A stretch of DNA of 64,000 nucleotides, taken from positions 714,681 through 778,680 of the forward strand of contig MHCJ01000003.1 of NCBI GenBank assembly GCA_001816585.1. The letters run 5' to 3'. A program made the position numbers and the translations under genes. The number at the start of each line of letters is the position of its first letter. Position 1 is the stretch's first letter. The stretch comes from Candidatus Chisholmbacteria bacterium RIFCSPHIGHO2_01_FULL_52_32. GTDB taxonomy: Bacteria > Patescibacteriota > Microgenomatia > UBA1400 > Chisholmbacteraceae. Below the pieces are notes generated by a model. That model had not been told where the DNA came from and searched no databases. It saw nothing but the letters and a program-made list of their open reading frames with translations. Positions 18,547-27,167 of the stretch are shown piece by piece.

Positions 18547-19077
18547 ATGAAACTCGTGATCGTATACGGACCTCCGGCAGTCGGAAAGTTGACAGTAGCA
18601 AAGGAATTAGCCGCTTTAACCGGTTACAAACTCTTCCACAATCACCTCACGGTTGACGTAGTAGCATCGCTTTTTGAATTTGGATCTCCTGTGTTTTGGG
18701 ATCAAGTCCGTCTAATGAGGGAACTTCTCTTTGAAGCAGCAGCCAAGAATAACGTGAACATGATTTTTACCTTTGTGTATGCTGCCGGCGAGGACGATAA
18801 AATCATTAACAATTATATCAACATCATTGAAAAGCATAGCGGCGAAGTGTGCTTAGTACAATTGAAAGCCTCAATGGAAGTACTTAAGAAGCGAATAATC
18901 AAGAGGAACAGGACACAATACGAGAAAATGACCAAAACTAACGAACTTGAGAAGTGGGTTGATAAATATAACCTTTTTTCACAAATTCCTGATCGCGAGA
19001 GTTTAATTATTGACAATAGCAGTCTCTCTCCTTCAGAAGTAGCACGACAGATCATCGCGCATTTTCAACTAAAGTAA
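18547..19077 (+). CDS. P-loop small-molecule kinase (AAA_33/shikimate-kinase-like)
   Basis: GPPAVGKLT Walker A, LFHNH; AT-rich. Confidence 0.85.
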   Translation: MKLVIVYGPPAVGKLTVAKELAALTGYKLFHNHLTVDVVASLFEFGSPVFWDQVRLMRELLFEAAAKNNVNMIFTFVYAAGEDDKIINNYINIIEKHSGEVCLVQLKASMEVLKKRIIKRNRTQYEKMTKTNELEKWVDKYNLFSQIPDRESLIIDNSSLSPSEVARQIIAHFQLK

Positions 19078-19139
19078 CCGTAAAGGGGGATGATTCTTTA
19101 ATACTCTGAAGATTGAGCAAGTGTTGTTGAGAAGGCGAG

Positions 19140-19544
19140 TCAAGGACTTTCCAGATACTTCTTTATTATCTTGCTATGTTCAAAAGCTAAATTTTCAAAC
19201 TCCTCTTTCTTATCTGGAAACACCCATTTGTAACCTAAGGAAAAATTCGGGTTAGGCAGTAATTCATTTTCATTAACTTTTCCCAGAAATACCATGGCTT
19301 CGTCAGTCATTTGGTCACCCTCTATTGGTATGGAAAAAATATATTCTCCTCGAAAAGAATTTGTTGAAAGATCACACCTAACTTCTTCAACTATCCCTAT
19401 TTCCGGCATAATTCCTTTTTTCGATTCTCCAATCCCACTGATTATTGCCCATCTTCCTTTAAAAGGTTCTCTTGCTCTTTTGGTTAAAAGAATTGCTCCT
19501 GCATCATTGATAATAATTGCGCATGCGGTTTTATATTTTTTCAT
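19140..19544 (-). CDS. NUDIX-fold protein with a degenerate Nudix box
   Basis: ILLTKRAREPFKGRWAIISG...LAFEH; start set at MKKYKT because the upstream extension is REP sequence. Confidence 0.75.
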   Translation of the reverse strand: MKKYKTACAIIINDAGAILLTKRAREPFKGRWAIISGIGESKKGIMPEIGIVEEVRCDLSTNSFRGEYIFSIPIEGDQMTDEAMVFLGKVNENELLPNPNFSLGYKWVFPDKKEEFENLAFEHSKIIKKYLESP

Positions 19545-19563
19545 ATTGCTGGGAGGCGGGATT

Positions 19564-19611
19564 CCCTTCGGCCCATTCGATGAACTCAGGGCAAGCAAGG
19601 TCAGGGTAAAC
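19564..19611. repeat. Nested REP-like pair
   Basis: CCCTTCGG-[CCCATTCGATGAACTCAGGGCAAG]-CAAGGTCAGGGTAAAC. Confidence 0.65.
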
Positions 19612-19620
19612 AATCATCAT

Positions 19621-21150
19621 TTATACTATTTCTTCCTGCGGCCGATACTGCAGGGCCTCCGCTAAATGTGACATTTTTATCTCTTCTTCACCCTCAAGGT
19701 CGGCGATGGTGCGGGAGATTTTGATGACCTTGAAGTAGGAGCGTGCGGTAAGGCCCATTTGGGCGGTGGCGGAGGTCAGAAGCGATTTACACTGGGGAGT
19801 AAGCGGGCAATAGTCCCTTACCTGTCTTGAGTTCATCTCGCCGTTGGTGACAAGGGTTGTTCCTTTGAGGCGCTTCGCTTGGTATTTCCTGGCTTTTTCT
19901 ATCCGTTTCCGGACCGAGTACGATTTCTCACCTTCTGCTACTTCCCCGGTGAGCTTTTTTAGTTCCACTTCCGGAACTTCCACATGGAGATCAATCCGAT
20001 CCAGGATGGGACCGGAGAGCTTTCGTCGGTAACGATTGATTTCTCCGGGCATGCAGGTGCACGGTTTTTTCTTACTTCCCAGATACCCGCAGGGACAGGG
20101 GTTTGCGGCTGCCACCATGATGAACTTTGCGGGGTAGCGCATCGTACCCAGGGCGCGGGAGATCTGCACAACACCATCCTCCATCGGTTGGCGCAGGGCT
20201 TCCAACACATGGCGGGGAAATTCGGGAAACTCATCCAAGAAGAGCACGCCACGGTGAGCAAGAGAAATCTCGCCCGGCTGCGGCCTACTGCCGCCACCAA
20301 TAAGGCCATTTCTTGAGATGGTGTGGTGGGGACTTCTGAATGGCCGGTGTTTGATCAGCGATTCTCCCGGAGGGATTTTGCCGGTGATCGAGTAAATCTT
20401 GGTTACCTCCAAGGCTTCCTGTTCGGTGAGATCCGGAAGGATTGAGGCGAGCGCTTGGGCAAGCATGGTCTTTCCTGCGCCCGGAACACCGCGCATGAGT
20501 GCGTTGTGCCCGCCGGCGGCGGCAATCTCAAGTGCCCGTTTCGCATGCTCCTGTCCTGCGACATCAGAAATGTCGAAGATGTAGGTTGATTCAGACTTTA
20601 ATTCATTAAAGTGGATGTGTTTTTCCCGCTTAATTTCAGAAATTCCTAAAAGGTGAAGGGTAAGCTGTTTGATTGTCTCTACAGGGAAAATTGTTACTCC
20701 GCTAACCACCGCCGCTTCTTTGGCGTTCACGGACGGGAGAAAAACCGATTCGAAGCGGTGCGTTTTCGCCAAGAGGACCAGCGGAAGAATCCCGTTCGTA
20801 TGGCGGAGCGTTCCGTCCAGAGACAGTTCTCCGAAGACAAGGGATTTCCTCACATCTGCTCTGATTTGGTTTGATGCGACCAACAATCCGAGGGCGATAG
20901 GTGCGTCATACGCCGGGCCTTCCTTCGGAAGATCTGCCGGAGCCAGGTTGACAATGATCTTGGTGTCCGGAAAATGCGCTCCCGAATTCTTCAGGGCGCT
21001 TCTGACCCGCTCTTTGGATTCTTCGACGGCTTTATCGGGAAGTCCGACAATGGTAAATGAGGGAAGACCGGTTTCGGAGACATCAACTTCTACCTCAACC
21101 GGAATGGAATCAAGCCCTACCGTTGCACCCGAGAAGACCTTGGCGAGCAT
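19621..21150 (-). CDS. comM: ComM/YifB Mg-chelatase-like AAA+ helicase
   Basis: VGLPDKAVEES, NLAPADLPKEG, GVPGAGKT, RSPHHT, LFLDEFPEF, NPCPCG. Confidence 0.95.
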   Translation of the reverse strand: MLAKVFSGATVGLDSIPVEVEVDVSETGLPSFTIVGLPDKAVEESKERVRSALKNSGAHFPDTKIIVNLAPADLPKEGPAYDAPIALGLLVASNQIRADVRKSLVFGELSLDGTLRHTNGILPLVLLAKTHRFESVFLPSVNAKEAAVVSGVTIFPVETIKQLTLHLLGISEIKREKHIHFNELKSESTYIFDISDVAGQEHAKRALEIAAAGGHNALMRGVPGAGKTMLAQALASILPDLTEQEALEVTKIYSITGKIPPGESLIKHRPFRSPHHTISRNGLIGGGSRPQPGEISLAHRGVLFLDEFPEFPRHVLEALRQPMEDGVVQISRALGTMRYPAKFIMVAAANPCPCGYLGSKKKPCTCMPGEINRYRRKLSGPILDRIDLHVEVPEVELKKLTGEVAEGEKSYSVRKRIEKARKYQAKRLKGTTLVTNGEMNSRQVRDYCPLTPQCKSLLTSATAQMGLTARSYFKVIKISRTIADLEGEEEIKMSHLAEALQYRPQEEIV

Positions 21151-21286
21151 GAAAACAGCATAGAAGGTTTATCTTTCCCAAGCAAGGCTGTGAAGATCAG
21201 GAAGAGAATGTTAGAGGATTATAGAGGAGATTAGAGGACAGTAGAGGAAATTACCGGAAGGGATGTTAAGTGTGATTGGGGGTACA

Positions 21287-21976
21287 TTATTCCAGCGGAG
21301 CTTCTCCGAAGATCCGGACTTCGGTGCCGGGGTTGTCCGCGGAAGCGAACATGCTCCGTTTGCCTTTGAGATCCGGTTTTGCCCATTCATAGATCAAGCC
21401 CGCCTCTTCGATCTTCATGTTGATACAGCCGTGGGACATGGGATGACCGAAGTTTGAGTGCCAGTACGTACCATGAATGCCAAATCCCCGCCAAGAAGGA
21501 ATTTCGGCATTGGAAAAATACATCACGAAGGGAACATTGGGAAGGTAGTAATAGGTCCGGAGGGCCTTTGAACCGCCCTCCATCTTCGTATAGCGAAGTT
21601 TTACCCAGATCCGGAAGATGCCGGTCGGGGTGCGGGCCCATTTTCCTGAAGAGATTAAGAAACTATAGATTAGGCGATCACCCTCATATGCAGAGAGCCG
21701 TTGATTGGTTAAATCCACCTCTATCCGTTTTGGTTCGTCGCTTTCCCCTAATACGGTTGGTTTTGGTTTGATTTCTGCAAGGAGTAAAGGGAGCGGTAAT
21801 GATTGGTTGTTGAATACCGCGGTGGTTTCCTTCGGATCAAATTCTCCGCTTACATCCCTCGGATCAACCGTTGCTTGCGGAGAAAATCGTGCGGAGAGCC
21901 AGTCTGAGGAAAGCAACACTTTCACCAGCAGTAAAACCGTTGTCGCTATCGGGAAAATCCACAATATTCGTTTCAT
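21287..21976 (-). CDS. L,D-transpeptidase (YkuD domain)
   Basis: VDLTNQRL, ISSG..TPTG, IHGTYWH...SHGCINM. Confidence 0.9.
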   Translation of the reverse strand: MKRILWIFPIATTVLLLVKVLLSSDWLSARFSPQATVDPRDVSGEFDPKETTAVFNNQSLPLPLLLAEIKPKPTVLGESDEPKRIEVDLTNQRLSAYEGDRLIYSFLISSGKWARTPTGIFRIWVKLRYTKMEGGSKALRTYYYLPNVPFVMYFSNAEIPSWRGFGIHGTYWHSNFGHPMSHGCINMKIEEAGLIYEWAKPDLKGKRSMFASADNPGTEVRIFGEAPLE

Positions 21977-22009
21977 CGCTTTTAGTGTACTAAAAAAATG
22001 GTTGGAATT

Positions 22010-22435
22010 TTAGCGGGTGATCGTGAGGGGTACGTTTATTTCCGCGCTTGAGGCAGAGGCGGTCAGCCTCCCGGATGTTTCCCTGGCCAGTACATAGTCA
22101 GTGACGCCGGTCTGTTGGTTTCCGGTTGAGGGGTCAAACGGAATGGCGGGAATGTAGGTCGGGACGAGATCCGCCTGCAGTGCAAGACATCCGCCGCAGT
22201 TTCCGATGTCAAGCCAGTTGTTGGTCTGGATCTGGGTCGGATAGGTCCCATTGTTGTCGACAGCGAACTGATAGATGGCGTTGAGGATTTGGTACATGTC
22301 GTTTCGGCGGGTCGTATCCCGTGCCTGAGCAAACTGCCTGGCGGGATTGATCGCCACCAGGACTATAGTGGCAAGGATGGTGATGATTCCGATCACCACC
22401 AATAGCTCAATCAGCGTAAAGCCTTTGTTTTTCAT
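22010..22435 (-). CDS. Type IV pilin, paralog 1
   Basis: Class III signal KG/FTLIELLVVI; SD-like GGAAGGTGG upstream. Confidence 0.93.
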   Translation of the reverse strand: MKNKGFTLIELLVVIGIITILATIVLVAINPARQFAQARDTTRRNDMYQILNAIYQFAVDNNGTYPTQIQTNNWLDIGNCGGCLALQADLVPTYIPAIPFDPSTGNQQTGVTDYVLARETSGRLTASASSAEINVPLTITR

Positions 22436-22570
22436 TTCGATTCCACCTTCCGCCAAGAAGTCTTCCTCTTTTTTCCTTACCAACATACCACCATTCCCAT
22501 CATGCAGCGTTCACAACAACGTTTGAGTGAAAAATCTGTTCCCTTGTGAAATCCACTCCCTTTTCTCTTA

Positions 22571-23005
22571 TTACCTGGTGATGGTTAACGGGATTGTCAC
22601 CTCGGCACTTGAGGCACTTGCTGTCAGTCTGCCGCTTGTTTCCTGCGCCAATACGTAATTCGTCGTTCCCCCGGTGATGTCTCCGGTTAAGGGATCGAAT
22701 GGAATGGCAGGAATGTAGGTTGGGACGAGATCCGCCTGTAAATTGAGACATCCGCCGCAGTTCCCGATGTCAAGCCAGCTGTTCGTTTGGATGGCGACCG
22801 GGAAGTTGCCGTTGTTGTCCACCGAGTATTGATAGATTGCATTCAATACCTGGTAGATATCGTTTCTTCTGGTGGTGTCCCGTGCGATGGCAAATTGTCT
22901 GGCTGGGTTTACCGCAACCAGAACGATTGCTGCCAAGATTGCGATTATTCCGATGACAACCAAAAGTTCAATGAGCGTGAAACCCTTTATCATATTCTTT
23001 CTCAT
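22571..23005 (-). CDS. Type IV pilin, paralog 2
   Basis: KG/FTLIELLVVI; collinear with paralog 1; SD-like GGGGGTGAGG. Confidence 0.93.
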   Translation of the reverse strand: MRKNMIKGFTLIELLVVIGIIAILAAIVLVAVNPARQFAIARDTTRRNDIYQVLNAIYQYSVDNNGNFPVAIQTNSWLDIGNCGGCLNLQADLVPTYIPAIPFDPLTGDITGGTTNYVLAQETSGRLTASASSAEVTIPLTITR

Positions 23006-23045
23006 GGTATCTTTCCTCACCCCCCTTCAGCGTTTTGTCTTTTTT

Positions 23046-23120
23046 ATACCCCTTTCACTCCAGAATGTGCGCTTTTTAGGCTTATTCAGCCATATCGCAC
23101 TTCTGGTGTTTTGGGGTATT
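23046..23120 (-). ncRNA. Conserved structured leader RNA motif, copy 1 (5' of pilin 2)
   Basis: AAUACCCC..CCAGA-A-GUGCG-AUAU-GGCU-GAAUA-AGCC-UAAAAAG-CGCAC-A-U-UCUGG..GGGGUAU, starting 4 nt after a TATAGT box (23125-23130). Confidence 0.75.
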
Positions 23121-23158
23121 GCACACTATAGGTATTAGTGAATTTAAGTATAAGGTGT

Positions 23159-23713
23159 TTATTTTTTCCCGAGTGCAATACGAATGTCGGATGTCTGGTT
23201 TTGATCCGGTTCAACGAGGCCAACGATCCACTGCTGATTCTCAAGAATTTGTTTCACCTCTTGCGCTTCTCTCTCTAGGCCGACCTTATAGACTACCGTG
23301 GTTTTCTCAAGTAATGAGGGGGCAGTGGAGATCGCGCTAACTTGGTATCCTTTCGTTTCAAGTACTTCCGCCAGGCTTGCAGCCGCTCCGGTGATGCCGC
23401 TGGCGTTTTCGATTTCTACTTTCGCTCTTATTTCCGGTGTTTCAGAGCCCTCTTGTTCTAATGTAGCAGAGGGGAAAATTGCTGTCAAATCGCCACTCTG
23501 AGAACTCTCGAGAACATCTGCGGCTTCTTCCAGCAACTTTCGGTTGAGTCTCGGGTTGGCTGCCGAGACAATGCGTTCGTCGATGTCTTTTGACTTAAGG
23601 ATATTTTCCAAGATTATCCTGGCATTCCCTGCCACAAGGAGCAGTAAGCCAACTAAGGCCAGGCCCTTGACCAGAAATTTCGGACTAATCTTTGACAAAT
23701 GATTCGTTAACAT
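23159..23713 (-). CDS. LytR C-terminal domain membrane protein
   Basis: TM segment plus VEIENASGITGAA...GY...TTVVY...DIRIALGK. Confidence 0.8.
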   Translation of the reverse strand: MLTNHLSKISPKFLVKGLALVGLLLLVAGNARIILENILKSKDIDERIVSAANPRLNRKLLEEAADVLESSQSGDLTAIFPSATLEQEGSETPEIRAKVEIENASGITGAAASLAEVLETKGYQVSAISTAPSLLEKTTVVYKVGLEREAQEVKQILENQQWIVGLVEPDQNQTSDIRIALGKK

Positions 23714-24266
23714 AAAGCCTCAAGTTTACTTGAATTGACGTTCCTTCCGAGATACCGCTTGGGCTTTCCAGCCTTGCGGAATCAACGGTAAAAAGGTACG
23801 GAGAATTTTCAAGCCTGGTGAGGGCAGCCATTGCCTGCGGCAGAGATCCTTCGAATGCCAAGGCGAGGGGTAAGAAATTGAAACCTCCTGCATCCTTTAT
23901 CGGGGTATCGCTGACGAAGTTAAAGCTCCTTACCTGGCTTATGTCTTTTAACCCTTCCAGGAATTGGATTACTTCAAGAAGCCGAGATTGATCGGGAAGG
24001 GCCTTCTGAATTTTTTCTGCTTGGGTTTTTGTCGCTTGTAAATCCGCGATGAGTTTTTGCGCGCTTTGCTCCTGGAGTTTTTGAGCCAGGATTTCGCTTC
24101 TTAACACCACGATTGCTTTGGTCCTCTGCGGCAAAAGTATGAGCAGTATCACATCGACGGCGATGAAAAGTCCGTTTAGGAAGAGGATTGCCGGTGTCAT
24201 ATACGAACGGTACCCGCCCCTCTTTCCTGAATCCTCTTTTTTGGACTTGTCTTTTTTCGCAGGCAT
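23685..24266 (-). CDS. PilO-like pilus assembly protein
   Basis: TM, coiled coil, ALPD, FEGS...LENSPYLF; follows pilM/N. Confidence 0.7.
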   Translation of the reverse strand: MPAKKDKSKKEDSGKRGGYRSYMTPAILFLNGLFIAVDVILLILLPQRTKAIVVLRSEILAQKLQEQSAQKLIADLQATKTQAEKIQKALPDQSRLLEVIQFLEGLKDISQVRSFNFVSDTPIKDAGGFNFLPLALAFEGSLPQAMAALTRLENSPYLFTVDSARLESPSGISEGTSIQVNLRLYVNESFVKD

Positions 24267-24267
24267 C

Positions 24268-25692
24268 TTAGTTCATTTTTATGTTCATGATAAAGTCGAT
24301 GTTTTCCGCTTGCTCGATGCTTGAGAGCGGCAGGGTTGCCTCGCTGAACATATCTGTTCCCTCTATGTTTTCCCGAAACTTGAGGAGTACCGTACGGGTC
24401 CGGGCTTTTCCTACCAGCTTCAATTTCTTCTGGTTTTCGTCAAGAGTAAGACTTACGACGGCTACTCCTTCCGGAATGTTCGGCAGGAGCACGGCGAGAC
24501 GGGTTTGGGGGAATGTCCGACCGCTTCCAACCTCGACAATTGTCCTTCCATTCCGGTTAAGGCGCTCTGTTTCCTTTATTGCTTCCCCTGTCTCCTGAGG
24601 AAGCGGGGCCAAGGTTAGTTTCTCGGACTCAAGCTTTGCTGCGACACCTCCGAGGAAGACCTGCGTTCCCAGTGCCGCTATGGCAACGGTCGCGGTTACT
24701 CCGGTTGCAATGGCGAAAAGATATTTATTTATCCATTGGTTTTGTTTTACATCAAACGCTTCCTGAAGCTTGGGGGGAAGGAGATTGATCGTGCGGACGT
24801 TTTTGGGCTCTTCTATTTCTTTTTGCGCAAGCGATGATGCCACCGCAAAGCTTAATTCTCTCCCTTTCGGTAAGTTTTCAATCGGGAGCGGACACGGTTT
24901 TACCTCTCGCCCGGATCCTTTCCCTATTTCATCGATAGCTTCTTGGGATGCTCCTTCTCCGCAAACGTAGATCGTCTGGACTTTTTCTTCATCTTGATGT
25001 TTTGTTTCGTAAAAGGCGAGCATTTTTTGGATTGTCTGGATAAGGTACGGCAATCCCGCTTCTCCCTCCTCCCCTGCCAGAGAGACAATTGAACTTGCTT
25101 CAATGAGTTTGCCTTTCGTCAAGGTCAGGACAGCGTGCTCCCGTTGTAACTCGAGAATAACGGCCCGTTTCCCTTCCTTTTCAATCAGACGGACCAATGA
25201 GAGGGCAGTGGTTTCGAATGCAACCGGAGTCAAGTGAGCGGCCTCAAGGGCTGCGGTATATCCGTCAATGATCTCTTTCGCTACCGCAATTAAAAGGATG
25301 TTGATATGGTTTTTCTCCTCGCTTATGATCTTCCAATCCATATACACCTGGTCTGCAGGAACGGGGAGGTAGGTTTCCGCTTCCCACTCCACCGCCTCCG
25401 TCAGTTCATCTATCCGTAATAGCGGCATGGAGAGAATCTTCGTGTAGCATTTGTTCTCCGGGATACCGACGACGACTTCACGCTTATCGATTTTGGCTGC
25501 CTGGAACAATCTGAGAAGGGATTGGGAGAGTTTTTCCCCGTTTTTCACCTCTCCCCCTGTGATGACGGAAGGCTCGAGTCTTTCTTCAGCCAAGCGGGAA
25601 GCCCTCTTCCCCGTTTTATCTAAAAGGAGAATTTGAATTTTTTCTTCTGAGATAATGAGGCTTGGGTAGGTTTTGTGCTTAAGAGCAATCAT
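24268..25692 (-). CDS. pilM: PilM-PilN fusion
   Basis: Actin-like PilM (EAETYLP..YMDW, VCGEGA), then INLLP motif, TM and a PilN-like domain. Confidence 0.85.
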   Translation of the reverse strand: MIALKHKTYPSLIISEEKIQILLLDKTGKRASRLAEERLEPSVITGGEVKNGEKLSQSLLRLFQAAKIDKREVVVGIPENKCYTKILSMPLLRIDELTEAVEWEAETYLPVPADQVYMDWKIISEEKNHINILLIAVAKEIIDGYTAALEAAHLTPVAFETTALSLVRLIEKEGKRAVILELQREHAVLTLTKGKLIEASSIVSLAGEEGEAGLPYLIQTIQKMLAFYETKHQDEEKVQTIYVCGEGASQEAIDEIGKGSGREVKPCPLPIENLPKGRELSFAVASSLAQKEIEEPKNVRTINLLPPKLQEAFDVKQNQWINKYLFAIATGVTATVAIAALGTQVFLGGVAAKLESEKLTLAPLPQETGEAIKETERLNRNGRTIVEVGSGRTFPQTRLAVLLPNIPEGVAVVSLTLDENQKKLKLVGKARTRTVLLKFRENIEGTDMFSEATLPLSSIEQAENIDFIMNIKMN

Positions 25693-25779
25693 GGCAGGCA
25701 AAGTTTCCCTTTTGCAAGGGTTCTTCATTAATTATAGCGTCTTGGGACCGCGTGTATACCCCATTGCGGGAAGCGAGAT

Positions 25780-25810
25780 TTATGAATTATGAATCATGAA
25801 TTATGAATCA
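25780..25810. repeat. Heptamer tandem repeat (TYATGAA)n
   Basis: ttatgaa ttatgaa tcatgaa ttatgaa. Confidence 0.8.
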
Positions 25811-25832
25811 CGGGAAGTTAGGGAAAACAAGA

Positions 25833-27059
25833 CTAGCGGGCGGTGGGTTGCTGGGGTTGAAGGTTTCCAATCACGCTATAGATCGGCCCGATGATTGAGA
25901 TGACCATGGCTCCGACGGCGACGCCGATGATAAGCATGAGGACCGGTTCAAGGATCGAGGTAAAGTTCTTGAGGGAAAAATCCACTTCTTGTTCGTAGAA
26001 ATCTGCCAGTTCTGACAGGACTACTTCGAGGCTTCCGCTTTTTTCTCCAGCGCGGATGGATTGGGTCATCAGGGCCGGGAAAATGCCTTCTCCGGTTGCG
26101 ATTGCATCGGAAAGCGAACTGCCCTTTTTTATTTCCTCTTCAAAAGTTTTCCCGAGCTTTACAAATTTTGTTTGTGTCAAGGCCGCAACAGACACCTTGA
26201 CGGAATCCAAGATGGGCACACCGCTTTTTAAAAGGGTACTTAAGGTACGACTGAACCGAGCCATATCGAGTTGATCGAAGAGCTTTCCTAAAACAGGAAG
26301 TTTACTGGCAATCTTCATCAAGAAAACCCTGGTTTTTGGCAGACGAACGAGAAGGATCAGTCCTACCACTGCCGTTACGGAGGCGGCGATTACCCACAGG
26401 TAGTTTTTCCCAAGAAAGCTTGAAATCGACAAGAGGATTCGCGTTGCCAGGGGGAGTTTGATATTGAGCTTGAGGAATACGGAGCTAATCCTCGGCAACA
26501 CGAACGTCACCATGAGTACCCCGACACCGATCATCGCTGAAATAATCACCGCTGGGTAAAGCAAGGCTCCTTTGACCTTCTGAGACAGTTCGTAGTTCTT
26601 CATGAGCTGGCTTGCAAGGTATTCGAAGGACTGCTCAAGCGTTCCCGATTCCTCACCGGCACGGGTTAGGGTGAGAAAGACAACGTCGAAGACTTCTGGA
26701 TAGCGGGCAAAAACCGTTGAAAGTTTCTGTCCCCTCTGGATGCTGTACTCCAAATCCTGAAGGATTCGGTGCATTTTCCTGTTTGAGGTTTCCTTGGCGA
26801 TGATATCAACCGCTTCTGAGAGGGGAAGACCGGCCTTCATCATCGTCGAAAGGTATCTGCAGAAGACCGCTTTCTCAATCACCGGGACTGCCTGCAGCCG
26901 TTCCCGAAACGACTGGGCTCGCTGAATTTCACGCACCGTTAATACTTGTATGCCTTGGTCTCTTAAGATTGCTCCGGCTTCTTTGCGGGACGGTGCTTCT
27001 ATGGCGTCCTGAAGGATTGTTCCTTGCTTGTCTTTGGCTTTATAGGAAAAGATGGCCAT
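25833..27059 (-). CDS. pilC: Type IV pilus platform protein PilC (GspF family)
   Basis: AGEESGTL, ALLYP, LLKSGVP, GEKSGSL, LEPVL. Confidence 0.93.
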   Translation of the reverse strand: MAIFSYKAKDKQGTILQDAIEAPSRKEAGAILRDQGIQVLTVREIQRAQSFRERLQAVPVIEKAVFCRYLSTMMKAGLPLSEAVDIIAKETSNRKMHRILQDLEYSIQRGQKLSTVFARYPEVFDVVFLTLTRAGEESGTLEQSFEYLASQLMKNYELSQKVKGALLYPAVIISAMIGVGVLMVTFVLPRISSVFLKLNIKLPLATRILLSISSFLGKNYLWVIAASVTAVVGLILLVRLPKTRVFLMKIASKLPVLGKLFDQLDMARFSRTLSTLLKSGVPILDSVKVSVAALTQTKFVKLGKTFEEEIKKGSSLSDAIATGEGIFPALMTQSIRAGEKSGSLEVVLSELADFYEQEVDFSLKNFTSILEPVLMLIIGVAVGAMVISIIGPIYSVIGNLQPQQPTAR

Positions 27060-27066
27060 GGGAATA

Positions 27067-27144
27067 AAAAGTTAAAAGTTAAGAGTTAAAAGTCTAAAGT
27101 TATTAAATACGAATCAAATAGTTAAAAGTGAAAAGTGAAAAGTA
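27067..27144. repeat. Heptamer tandem repeat (AAAAGTK)n
   Basis: aaaagtt aaaagtt aagagtt aaaagtc ... aaaagtg aaaagtg. Confidence 0.8.
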
Positions 27145-27167
27145 AGATATCAACGTCTCCTTTGCGT

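Noticed and set aside
25752-25775. Third copy of the pilus leader motif before pilM (TATACCCC)
   Set aside because: Only the 8-nt end matches, the core is absent, and it lies upstream of the pilM -10 box.
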